A stretch of DNA of 64,000 bases from the NCBI RefSeq assembly GCF_009914755.1, contig NC_060928.1; one strand, written 5' to 3'. A program made the translations under genes and the position numbers. Source of the DNA: the human T2T-CHM13v2.0 reference genome, Homo sapiens. Numbering within the stretch: the first letter of the stretch is position 1; every line of letters starts with the position of its first letter. This document shows positions 28,944 through 43,376 of this stretch, piece after piece. The notes under the pieces were generated by a model. That model was not told the DNA's origin and did no database searches. It worked only from the letters and a program-made list of their open reading frames with translations.

Positions 28944-31658
28944 TCACAGATAGAGGAACAAGGCCTAGCTAGGTCAGTTCACAGAGCATAGGGCAGGGCA
29001 GGATGGCCTCCAACTGCATCTTGGATTGTTTACTACCTTGATTTGGTACATCAACACCTAACCACATCTGTAAGACAAGAGGGTTTCAAAGCTACAGAGT
29101 ACCTGATTATTTTAACTAGATCTAAAAGTAGGCATCAAAACAGCTATTCTGAAGGCCATCAGGATACTAAAAAGCTCAACTTATTTAAAAAAACCAGTGC
29201 TGATAGCTCTACCAATAACCAGAATAACGGTGTCAATTGCCTTTTAGCTAACTGTAATTTTTCAAAAGGGCATCCACTAAATCTACTGAATGGCTGTGAA
29301 AGTTAGGAAGCTATGCTTGCCCACTGCAGAGCTAACAACAACTTTGAAACCAGTCTACTGCCATGTTTCTATCAGAATTTTTTCCCTAATACTGTGGCTA
29401 TTACCAACTGGTGGGTATCACTATTAGCACCGGTGAGCAGAAGCATATGTAAACATAAAAATATCAAGAATTCTTGGGTTTGGATGATAGCAGTAGTGGT
29501 GGAAGGTTAAACCGCCTTTGAATTAAGAAAATTCAAAAAGGCTGGGATATTCAGCCTAGTGTTTCAGCATTTTAACAAAAGGATTAGAAAATAAAGTCCC
29601 AAATTTAAAAAAGAAAAAAAACAAACTTATTTGAATCAAAACCTCAATATAAAAGCAAAGTCCAATATTTCAAAAGTTGACAATTAGTCTGAAACAATCA
29701 TATCAAGGGTCATCAAGATATGTAACTACAGTTATTTGTTTAGAGCCTCAATATTAATTCACATAAAACTTTAAATTGTTACAAAGCATGTACTACATTT
29801 TTTGAAATACAACTTTCCTTAATTCAGTTTAGCAATTCCATAGTCATAAAAGCAGTATGAAAATAAAAATACTTAACAGCTTGGGACTTTTTCAACACAT
29901 TTTAAAAGCTCTTAAAACCTTGTCAATGAAAAAATTCATAAATTATCGGTTCGGATAGAAGATAATGGGAATAATCAACAACAAGATAAAATACAGTATC
30001 ATATTACTCTTTCCCATACAGTTTCCCCTTTAAAAAGATGCCAAAATAGCCAAATAGTGACAACAAAACATGATCATAATAAATATTAAAACTCTTGCTT
30101 AATTTAATTGAAGCAAGGTAATTCATAAAAGCACACAAACTTCTCACAGCTGTGAATTTTAATGTGAACTAGCCACTAGAGTTAAGTGGGAATAAATAAG
30201 TAGTGCTCTCAAAGGCCTCTAGATTTGCACTGTTAGTATCAGGACCTCAAAACTTCAAAAACTATTTTAATGTCAAACAAAGCATTACAAGCTCAGCAAA
30301 CTATTTTTTATTCCCTGACTTCTTACTTGCCTCTTATTTCAACACTTTTCCTATAAATGGACCATTTAAAAACAGTCCATTTACATTGCTGCACATAAAT
30401 GCTCATTCTCCTGACAAACTAAAGGTTTTTATTTGTGATAAATAAAAATAAGTTTTTTTTAATTACAAATAAAACTGAGATGTAGTTGGAAGATTACAAC
30501 TACATCACAACAACAAACTTCTTAAAGAGCTAATATTCTAAACTCAAACAACAGTAATCATGTAAGTATATCTGATAAGAGAACCTAGAGAAATAAAAAC
30601 TAGGCAGATAGACAAGTAAGTACACAATCCATTAGTTCTTGCCCCACACTTTCTCTAAAAACTAAAATCTTGGGAGAAGTACAACTGGGAGAATCTATAA
30701 AACAACATATAAGAAAGGCAGACAACAACCTACCACCACCTCCGCAAATGAAGCTACAATTTAATTAAAGTGACTCAATACTGCCCTGCCCATCTGCTCT
30801 GAGTCTGATCAGTCATAACTCTGCAAGAAAACATTTTAGCTACTTCTTAAATAAAAAATTCACACCATTAGAATATACCATACGTCTAAACTAAGCCATA
30901 ATTTTACATTTAAATTTTTTTCAATTTATCCTTTAATTCCACAGAATATTTTGAAATATTTGCAGCATTAAGTTCAATAAACCACTCAGCAATAGGGAGT
31001 CAGTTCTCTCCCGTGCTAAAACTAGTAGCAGAGAATATTTTAATCGTCAGTAAGAACTTATTTTCTATTTTTAGCTGTAAGAATAGCTATTCATTTGTTT
31101 CTTAACAATATTTCTTCTCCTTTAGGGAAAATCTAATTTCCAAGTTACTATTCATTTGTGGATTACATTTTATTGTTACTAAAAACAGCATTATTTCCTT
31201 AGCTTAATGGTCCAATTTTACAAAATTAGCGATTTTATATATTAGGTATGTTTCTTTTACCAAGTTTTTCTACCATTGTAAAAGAATACCATTATCAGAT
31301 TAGATTTTAAGCCTAAAATTATACATTACTATTTCTATTTACTTGATATGAAGTTTGAAATTCATGTTTGTTCGGGTGCCATTGGAGTACATATATAGAA
31401 AAGGCTCAACTTAATGTATAGCTTTCAGTTTGTCACAGGCACACTTAATAGAGCTAAGTACTAGAGCAAAGTTCTTCCTGTACTTGCAGTAAAAAACAAA
31501 AAACAAAAAAACCACAAAGATAGCAGTGATGGACCTTTAACCAAAGAATTCAGTTACAACTGTGCTCAAACTTACTGCAATTTTTATTAGCACTCAAGAG
31601 AGCCAATGCTTTACTTATCTTTTGTGCACAATGACTTACTTTACTTTTGTAAGCACTA

Positions 31659-32102
<444 letters not shown>

Positions 32103-32501
32103 TCATTTTGCAGTGGACCAAACTCAAACTCAAACTGTCATCCAATTCAATTATACAGATCTAGCAAACAATGAATCATAAAAACATTGCAAAATTTTCC
32201 TGTAGGCAAAACTGTCTTCTTCCGAAATACATTAAATAATTGCTAATTCATCAATGTGTTTATCAAACTGTTTTTCCCCAAAGAAAACTTAGGAATTCTC
32301 ACATTTTCATGCCCAGAGGATAATTCAATTTACCCAAACTCCCCCATAATAACTTTTGAAGAAAAAAAAAAAATGTGCTCATATAACTGTCACCTTTTTT
32401 AGTTTTAATGCTATCATGTAAGACTTAATCTTGATGCATACTGGATGGAAAAAGCAAAATGTATTTAATACATATATTAAATAGGATGGAGAAAAACACT
32501 A

Positions 32502-32663
<162 letters not shown>

Positions 32664-32901
32664 CTAGCAAAGAACAAAAACATTTATTGGTTATGTTAAA
32701 AATGCCTCAGTCTCCTCGTTCCAGAAAACAAAAATCTGCTGCCTCCTGAGCTATTTGTTTTGGCATTACTTCTACACTGTCTCAGTAGAGATAAATACTT
32801 GTAGGCTAGACTAGAGAGAAACCATTTTTCTCCAACTATCTTTATAGTATTCAGTGTTTGCTACTGTCCATAAAACTCGCAACTGCAGAAAGAAATTCGT
32901 A

Positions 32902-33432
32902 TAGTAGTCTTCACTCATCTGAACTCGCAATTTCCATGGTTTCAGTTAAGCAGTGTCAACAGAAAAAATTTTAAAGATTCCAGAAAAAATTCATCAAGTT
33001 TAAATTGTGCACCATTCTTAGTAGTATGCTATATACACTATACACCCATTTGTCACTTAGCAACCATCTGTTATTAGATCAACTTTTGCAGTATCACAGT
33101 GCTTGTGCTCAAGTAACCTTTTACTTAATAATGGCCCCAAAGCGCCAAGAATATTGATGCTGGCAATTTGGATATGCCAATGAGAGGCCCTGAAGTGCTT
33201 CCTTTAAGTGAAACGCTGAAAGTTAGTAAGGAAAGAAAAAAAGTTGAAACCTAGTAACAAAAGAGCAAAAAAATCACATCTAAAGAAAGAATGCATCTTC
33301 TATCAGTGAAATTGTAAAGAAAGATATTTATACATAGTATATGTAAGTAAGGTTCAGCATATTCCAGTTTTTAGGCGTGGGAGGGGGAGGGTCTTGGAAT
33401 GTATCAGCCTGGAATAAGGGGGTGTACGACTA
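32902..33432. mobile_element. MER44/Tigger7-derived DNA transposon
   Basis: cagtagtc-like TIR ends; ttacttaataatggccccaaagcgc...tgatgctggcaatttggatatgcca. Confidence 0.78.
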
Positions 33433-33554
33433 TCTAAGTTAATTACACCATACATTTCACTCCTGGAAAAGCTAAGGAGCTTTTAATCCTAAAAGGCAAG
33501 ATTAAGTAAATAAGGCAATGTTCTTCTGGTAAGATAATTCAACCTAACATTTTA

Positions 33555-33737
<183 letters not shown>

Positions 33738-34645
33738 CTATTGGAATTGAAATAACACAAGAGTCTTTCTTCAGTCAAACACAAAATTGTGATGCAACAG
33801 AAGTATCCAAAGCCCACAGTTAATTCCAAAATAAATAAAGAAATATCGATAGCCATAAATCATGCTGCTACAATAGACAACCCACCATCCTGAACCTTAA
33901 AGTTCTTTCAGACATTCTAATTCGATCATCTGAAAGACTCTAACATGAAAAACTTCTTGTCAAACACACAGCTTATATAATCCTTACTCCTCCTAATTTC
34001 AGTTCTATCAGGCTGACCTTGTTCCTTGCTTTTTATATGCTGGGCAGTCAAGGATTCTGCCCGAAAAGAAACCTTCACTTTCAAAACTCGACGGTCTGAG
34101 TACTATTACTCTGTTACTGTTTAATGAAAAAATTTCCATCAATAACAAAATGTAATCAATTTATCCAAAAGATATTTGAAAAATAAAACGTATTTATTGA
34201 ATAGCCACTTCACCTGCATTTCACTTCATTTAGTATACAGCACTGTTAAACTAGAGGAGTAACATAGTACTGTTTTCAAATAGTGTGCCTAGTTGACAGC
34301 AGTAACTCTAATAATGTTGGGAGAAGTGACTGAACTGCAGGGATAGAAATCCTGTACTTTATTACTAAACCCATACTGTTAAATGAATATACAAGCCAAA
34401 ACACCCACCGTCACTACACTGAAACAAAGAAAGCAAAGCAACTCTAAAAGAAAAAAAAGCCTAGAATTACATATTAAATACTGTCTTAATTTCTGAGAGC
34501 CAGCCAAAACATAAAGGGTTCATACAGCAGAAATTTGCAAATAAAAAAAAAGATAGGAAAATAATTCTGAAAGGTAAATTTTAGCCATTAAATGAATTGG
34601 TTGTAAGTACTGTTAAACCAACTCTAATTTATAAAGTATCCACTA

Positions 34646-34744
<99 letters not shown>

Positions 34745-36545
34745 TTAAGAAATAGAGTATATAAATTATATTACATATCAAATAAAATTAACAGGACTGT
34801 TAAAGATCAGCCACTAACTTTCACTGACACAAGGAATTTCAAGCCAGCAAATAAACTAGAAATATCATTTGATCTTCAATGGCCAATGCTTTAAAAAGGT
34901 AAATTAATATTTAAGGAACCAAAATTTTGTTTACACCACAACAGCAACTTCTTTCTCAACAAAGCTATTACTTCAGGTTATCACTCAACCGCATTACATT
35001 TTGCTTAATCAAATTAATGGACAGCATAAAAAGAAAAATACTGATGAAGCAATATAACGTGCCTTACAAAACGTCTGATAAAACAGCCCTTATAATTAGT
35101 ATTCAAATTTCCACAAGTGTATATTTCAATGTTTTTGGGCAATATTTACAAATGAAAACTTCGTTATTTATATCACCAAAATTCAACTCAACATTTTAAA
35201 CAAAATGCCACATGGAAAAAAACTCAAGTTATAATCCAGTAAGAATGGACAGATCAGCAGAATCAAATGTAAATATTTCGGTAAGTGCATGGTCTCAACG
35301 GGATGACATGTAATACGTTACTACATACAAAGCAACTGTTAAGAACTATAATTCTTTATTGACGGAAAATGTTTAAAGCATTTACATACTAATATGATAG
35401 CTTGTTTGGTATACGTGCATGTTTTACTATATATTACATATGTTTTAGAAAATTAGTTAAGGACTTGGGAAATACATGTTACATATAATTTTTTTTTAAA
35501 CAATGGGAAATGGGGATTCCTCATTAGTATTTTAACTCAGGACATGATTTTCAGGAACAGGTTACTGATATTAAGTTGAAGATGTCTGTATATGCAAGCA
35601 ATTGATACAGAAGATGAATCAAACAGAGTCTGCTTTTACCATTTGTAAGGGATGATTAGACATGGATAGAAAGTGTGAGTGGCACCAAAGACACACTGTG
35701 AAATTTAAAAAGGTTTACTTCCATAGCAAAGTCAAGAAAAGCTTTACTGAAAAATAATAGCATTTAGGACAGTCCTTGACGGTAAGGTTAAGACCTACTC
35801 ATGAGAGAAGGAAACAGCACTAGCACTAAAGTTCCATCTTAAAAAAACACATGTGGGAGAAATGCCTATGGGCACATACAAAAAATGAAAAGATTTATAT
35901 TTATCCCTATTTTATTTTAAAAACACTTAATTTTATAAATCAAATAGCTTTAAAAATCATAGGCTTTTGCTGCATTAACTATTTTACTTAATATTAACAC
36001 TTTCATTTTCTGATTTCATATTTACTAAGTAGTAGACTTCCCAAAATACTAACAGGAAACCTCAGGGATTTAAAAACATAATAGCAATCTACCAAGAGGG
36101 TATTTCAGAATAATTTACAAGTCAAAAACCAAAATGTTTCCTTTTGTCAGTTGAAAAGACTGACAACTAGCAAAGGAATAAGAAACCACATGTGGTTTGA
36201 TGATGTTGCTGAAATACATTCTTCAGGACATTTAGAAAAATAATCAGCAACTAGAACTGAAGCAAACAACGACATACATAAGGTTAACAGGTGAAACTTG
36301 AATAAGCATAACCGGCATTTAATATTCTAGAAAGTCAGTTTCTTGTAGTTAAAGAAGCGATGAATTTAGAGGTAACTGGCAGACCTAGCAATCAAACCTG
36401 AGTGGCTAAAGTAACTGGAAAGGTTTTAACACCCCCAAGCTTGTATTCCTTTTATAACTTGCATATTACTTAGTCTACATAACACAGGGTTGTAGGGAAT
36501 AAATTATGTAAGGATGTGGAAATGCTCTATAAACTATACAGAATA

Positions 36546-36830
<285 letters not shown>

Positions 36831-39382
36831 TATACAGAACCAACTACATGCCTGTAAATACAGAAGACGTCTTCTGGCTTTCTGGAATTCTGGGGTGAAA
36901 ACCATAGTTCTGAAAATATTTATGAAGAAAATCACTTTTAAAAAAGTTGTTCTGGGAAAAAATACATTTCACATATTTCTTCTATAACATAATACAATGT
37001 GATAAAAATTTCTCATGTGACCAACTCTTTAGTTACCATTATAAAAAGTTAATTTTTCTCCACAAAATAATTTCATCCTGTGTGTATGTTTTTTGTCTGG
37101 GTGAGTGTATTAAATTCTGTAATACTTAACAATTCGCGGATACATGATTCTGCAAGTGTTTAAGAATCAAATGATTTATGCCAACTTGGCAAACCCTCGT
37201 CATTATTGATATTAGTAAGAGCCTATTGCCAGCCAAAAGTCAAACCCTAAAATACAAGTGTTAAATTGAGTCCTTAACAAAAAAGCACAAGTTTTAGGCC
37301 TTTCTCAAGGACTAAAAATAGCTAAGGCTAAATACACACACACACAATGCAAAAGCGAACTAATAAATGACAAGATAAAAGCTTCTTTGGTACTTCAGCA
37401 GTTGAGTGAGGCAAGCCCTAACCATGTTCTAATTGTAAATGGCACACCATACAACCAGGAACCCATCAGGAGACAAAATGACCTTGAATTTGTCGAGGGA
37501 TTTACATTATGACCAGTAAGAATCAATATAATTGTTACATGCTTTCTAGACTGCAACACTGCAGTAAGCGTTCAAAGAGCCTTAAAAAGTGTTCAAACCG
37601 CATTGACTAATATGGAACAGACCCTATGGTGAAAAGCTTGGCATCACTGTCAGGACATGCTAAGAGTAAATTTTCCTCCCTCAATAACCTGCCTTCTAAT
37701 AGAACTCACTTTTTTTCTAATAGAACCACTTCCCCCCACTCCGCCCCCAATAACTCCACTTCAAAGTAGAACTCGCAGTACTTCATTTGCCCTACCTGAA
37801 TACTGTCTGGACACAATAATGCATTTAAACTAATTTGGACTTTTAGTCCCCAGGGAACTCTGTGGTGGTCTCCAACACAAGGACATCAACTTATTTGCTT
37901 ATAAACATCCCAGCAGCACCACAGTAAGCTATCTTCAGATCCTGGATCATTAAGTCTTTCTTTAAAACTACAGGACCATCTCCACAAGGGCCATTTCTCT
38001 TTTTCACTGAGCAATGTATGCTCTGAACCATATTAATCAGCGAAATGTAGGATCAACTATAGAAAAGTCAGCTATTTGTATGAACAAAATTAATGAACAC
38101 TAAATATTTAAAAAATAATTATAGTTGTATTTTAATAACAACCAAATCCACAAAATAGCAATTTTAAGTCTCAGTCAAAAAATGCAGAAGTTATCTACTG
38201 AAGAGTAAACTTGAATGCATGTAAAGAATTACTGTAACTTTTAACTTAGTCAAATACTTGAATAAACTTCAAAAATTATCAAGAGGTAAAAATATTTACC
38301 CTCATATAAATATATGTTGCATTCTCAACCTTTCTTGATTGCTAAAAACTTGAAATCGTTCACCATTAGTGCTGTAACATGTTTAAAAGGCTGTTTTTTA
38401 TTAGTACCACAATCAAGTTATAAAATCTATTTTTCATAAACTAATAGAGAAATAAGAAATGGCACTGCCTTATAAAAGGGACTCAAATATAAAGTTATAC
38501 AGAATCACAATTAATTTGATGGAAATTAAAATTTGTATTAAGTATTATATTTGTTCAAAAACTTTCAACTTTTATATATTTGCTTTATGCTAGCTACTAT
38601 CCTTATATTAGAACAGTTTAACAAAAAAATCAAATATTTTTTCACAATTAGACACAAACAGTAAGTTTAAAATTACATATGAACAGTAAAACTTGTATAG
38701 ATCCCTCCTCTATAAGCCAGGCTTGTATGAAAACTTTAAATTTGTGCTTAACATGCTGCGCCTCAGAATGTTCTTCCTCATAATGAAAATGATGCAGCAA
38801 CTGCCAAGGAAGTCTTCCTTTACTCTCCCTAGGACTGTCCAGGGAAGCTACATCAGTGCTTTTCTCAACCTCTAAGATGAAATTGACTCAAGGCAAGGAT
38901 AACATGATTTCCCAGCAAGAGGTCCTACAGTTTCGGCTGAAACACCATCACTGGATGGCAAAGTGGCAATATAGCCCCTAGTTTTGAATTATAAGCTCAT
39001 GATCAGTCCTCAGAGTGAGCCCATCACCAGCTGTGGCCATCATCACATATCCAGCCACTGCTGAGTCACTCTTTTCAGTAAGACAAAATTCTCCTCAGCA
39101 TCCTAAGGATTTAAAACACAAAAAGCAAAACAGAAACAAAAACTTTAATTTACTTCAACGACAGCAAGAGCTCAGATGTGTAACTGTAGTAAATATGGGC
39201 CCATATATCTCAAAGAAGAACTCAATGAAACGAGAAGTACACAAAAGGATGCACAAACAGGACATCTTTGTTGTACACCAGTTTCACTCAATGGTAAACA
39301 AACACAACGTTTTAAAAATAAAACAAATACAGATATACAAAGTACACATGATTTCAAGACAAATGAAAACTAGGCAGGCTGA

Positions 39383-39518
39383 GGGCTGGGCGTAGTGGCT
39401 AATGCCTGTAGTCCTAGCACTTTGGGAGGCCCAGGAGGGGGGACTGATTGAACCCAGGAGTTTAAGACCAGCCCTGGCAACATAGTGAGACCCCATGTTG
39501 TTTAAAAAAAAAAAAAAA
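39383..39518 (+). mobile_element. FLAM (Alu left monomer)
   Basis: Single monomer followed by A tail. Confidence 0.85.
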
Positions 39519-39569
39519 TTAAAGCTTTGCCTGGAGGATGCATTAACTTATTATATAAATATTTAAGAC

Positions 39570-39576
<7 letters not shown>

Positions 39577-39601
<25 letters not shown>

Positions 39602-39701
39602 ATGTATGTGTGTGTATATATATATATATATATCTATATATCTATATATCTATATATCTATATCTATCTGCTGATGGGGACTATATATCTGCTGATGGGG
39701 A
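39577..39701. repeat. Compound microsatellite (TC)n(TG)n(TA)n plus a 21-bp tandem duplication
   Basis: Dinucleotide runs followed by tat(c/a)tatctgctgatgggga twice. Confidence 0.9.
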
Positions 39702-39778
39702 ATCAAAGATGTCTTCCCAGCCCCTCAACAAAGTATCTCAGAAATAGGGCTGAAATAATCTTGTTCCTGTCCGTTTGA

Positions 39779-40145
<367 letters not shown>

Positions 40146-40503
40146 AGATCAGTGCTACTGTTATTAGAGGTCTGCACAGGGTCAACATTTCACACCTATA
40201 GACATTACATTTGGGAAGCCTTAAACAAAATTATGGGCAGAAGGCCAAGGCACCAAAGAAAAAGTGCTTACTTTATAACAAGTGATTTAATAGGAGAAAA
40301 GACAGTACTTGGCCAACATCCTTTCTTAACCCATCCTAACTAATCTTCCATTTGCTAAGGAGGCACTACCTAGAAGAAGCAGTACTCATTCTTACTTTAG
40401 GGTCAAGAGATATGCGGAACCCTACAAATGGATATTATTTTGTTGTATAAAACCTAGATCACAATCACCCATAACTTAGTCCTTTATAACTGAATACAGT
40501 TTA

Positions 40504-40725
<222 letters not shown>

Positions 40726-41275
40726 CTACAAAATAAAAGTGAGTCTAAAAACGAATACTGAAACATTTTAAAGTATTTATTATAATCCTAGTTCTATGCA
40801 GTCTGTTTTATGTATGCCATCTTCTTTCACTTCATGGATACCCTGTTTTCAATTTAGTAACCAAAACTAATTTAGCAAATTTCAATGGGATTTCCAAAAC
40901 AATCCAAGAAACTTTCATTTTTGTATTCAAATGAATATATAACTGCCTTATTTGCATTCCACACCCCTTTTCTTAGAGTCAGATTTCCTAATTAATTCTC
41001 AACAAATTGTACTAAAATTGAAATTTCTCACTCAGGAATATTTAAATGCACTCACGACCTTTTCAATTTTCACAATCTAAAAGAAATTGATGTGCTAGAC
41101 ATTTTAAATAAGCCAATTAGGCTTTAATGTCACGTATCACTAATGCAATTATATGGAAGATTTGCTTCATTGTGCCTAATGAGAACAAACACCTTTACAG
41201 TATCAACACAGATATTTAAGAACTAGGCTAACCCAAATGTCTTAGGCAGCTACAAATTTTTTTCTCAGAAAACTA

Positions 41276-42740
41276 CAGTCACACGTTGCTTACTGACAGG
41301 AATATGTTCTGAGAAATTTGTTAGGCGATTCTGTTGTTGTGTAAACATTCTAGTGTATTCACGAACCTAAACTGTATAGCCTATTGCTCCCTAGGCTACA
41401 AACCTGAGGAGCATGTTATTGAAGTGAATAACAGTAGGCAACTGTAACACAATGGGAAGTGTTTGTTCATCTAAACAAAAGGCATGGCAAAAATATGGTA
41501 TAAAAGATAAAAACCGCCAGGCACAGTGGCTCACACCTGTAATCCCAGCACTTTGGGAGGCCGAGGTGGGCGGATCACCTGAGGTTGGGAGTTCGAGACC
41601 ACCCTGACCAACATGGAGAAACCCCGTCTCTACTAAAAATACAAAATTAGCTGGGCGTGGTGGCACATGCCTGTAATCCCAGCTACTCGGGAGGCTGAGG
41701 CGGGAGAATCGCTTGAACCCGGGACGCAGGAGGTTGCAATAAGCCGAGATTGCACCATTGCACTCCAGCCTGGGCAAAAAGAGGGAAACTCCGTCTCAAA
41801 AAAAAAAAAAAAAACGGTAAAAATCAGTACACTCATATAGGGCATCTGCCATGAAAGAAGTCTGCAGGACTGAAAGTTGCTGTGAGTGAGTGAGTACTTA
41901 GTGAATGTGATGGCCTAGGACATTCTGTACAGAACTGTAGACTTCATAAACACTGTACATTTTGGCGATACAAAATTTATAAAAAAATGTATTTTCTTTT
42001 TTTTGATATATTTTTCTTTCTTCATTAAATTAACCTTAGCTTACTACAACTTTTTAACTTTATAAACTTCTAAATTTTAACTCTGACTCTTGTGTAGTAA
42101 CACTTAGCTTAAAACACAAACACACCGTATGGCTGTGCAAAAGTATTTTCTCTTTATATCCTTATTCTATAAGCTTCATTCCAATTTAAAATTTTTTACT
42201 TTTTCAACTTATTAAACTTTTTGGTTAAAAGACACAAACACACACTTAACCTAGGCCCCCACAGGGTCAGGATCATCAATATCACTATCTTCCACCTTAA
42301 CGTATTAACCCACTGGAAGGTCTCCAAAGGCCAGTAACACACATGGAGCTGTCATCTCCTGTGATAACAATGCCTTCTCCTAGAACACCTCCTGAAGGAC
42401 CTGCCTAAGCCTGTTTTACAGTTAACATTTTTAAGTCGAAGGAGAACACTCTAAAATAATGATAAAACATGTAGTATAGTAAATACAAAAACCACTAACA
42501 ATGTCCTATTATCATTATTATTATGTACTGGACATAATTGTACATACTATATAGTACTTTTAAAACAACTGGCAGCAAAGTAGGTTTGTTTGAACTAGCA
42601 TCATCACAAAGCAGTGAGTAATGTGTTGTGCTGTGATGCTGCAAGGTTACGTTCAGCTCCACTATAATCTTACGGGAGCAGCACCACAGCTATCTGAGAA
42701 GTTTGTCTTGACCAAAACGTTGTTATGTGGCACATGACTA
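41276..42740. mobile_element. Tigger3-family DNA transposon interrupted by an Alu
   Basis: TA-flanked TIRs cagtcacacgttgcttac ... gttatgtggcacatgact; Tigger3 internal motifs. Confidence 0.85.
41516..41814 (+). mobile_element. AluSp-like
   Basis: catggagaaacccc diagnostic; nested in Tigger3. Confidence 0.93.
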
Positions 42741-43361
42741 TATTCTAACACATGTGCATTCAAGAGGAGACATAATGAATATCAAGACGGAAAAAAAGAG
42801 AGAGACAGATTATGTATGATAGCTCTGGGAGAGGCAAAGGAACTTAAAAATGGAAGGCAGCACTGCGGACAAATGTATTCTAAATTTTATTGAAGTATTA
42901 ATTCAATTAAACCCAGAAGTATGTAAAACGCTTATTATACACTAGGCAGCCTGTCCAATAAATGACCCAATCAGAAGCTACCCTTGTCAACAAAGTGCGT
43001 GTTTTTTTTCAAAGGACAATGATACTAAACGGTGAGGAAGAATTTTAGGACATTTACTTTATATTTTTTTAATGTCCAACTGTGTCTCTATATCAAAAAA
43101 CACAACGTTCTTAAACACAGTAAGAACAAATAAATTACTTTTCACTTATTTCAAACACATCAGTTTTTTTTAAAGGTTATCTGTCTCAAAAATTGTGACA
43201 CAGAAAACTATTAAAGATTCAATGTTACTAGATCCTCCTTTGAAATCTCAAGTTTCTAAAAGAAAATGAAAGTAGATGCTATTCATCTAAATAAAAAATA
43301 TAACAAAGCGAACAAATATTTTTTGAAAATACTGCTTTCAAATGTTGTATCTAGATTAGAA

Positions 43362-43376
43362 TGCCCCCTGCTGGCA
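43362..43376 (-). promoter_or_regulatory. Candidate CTCF site
   Basis: TGCCAGCAGGGGGCA on minus strand closely matches the CTCF core CCASYAGRKGGCR; isolated GC-rich word in AT-rich intron 5. Confidence 0.55.
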
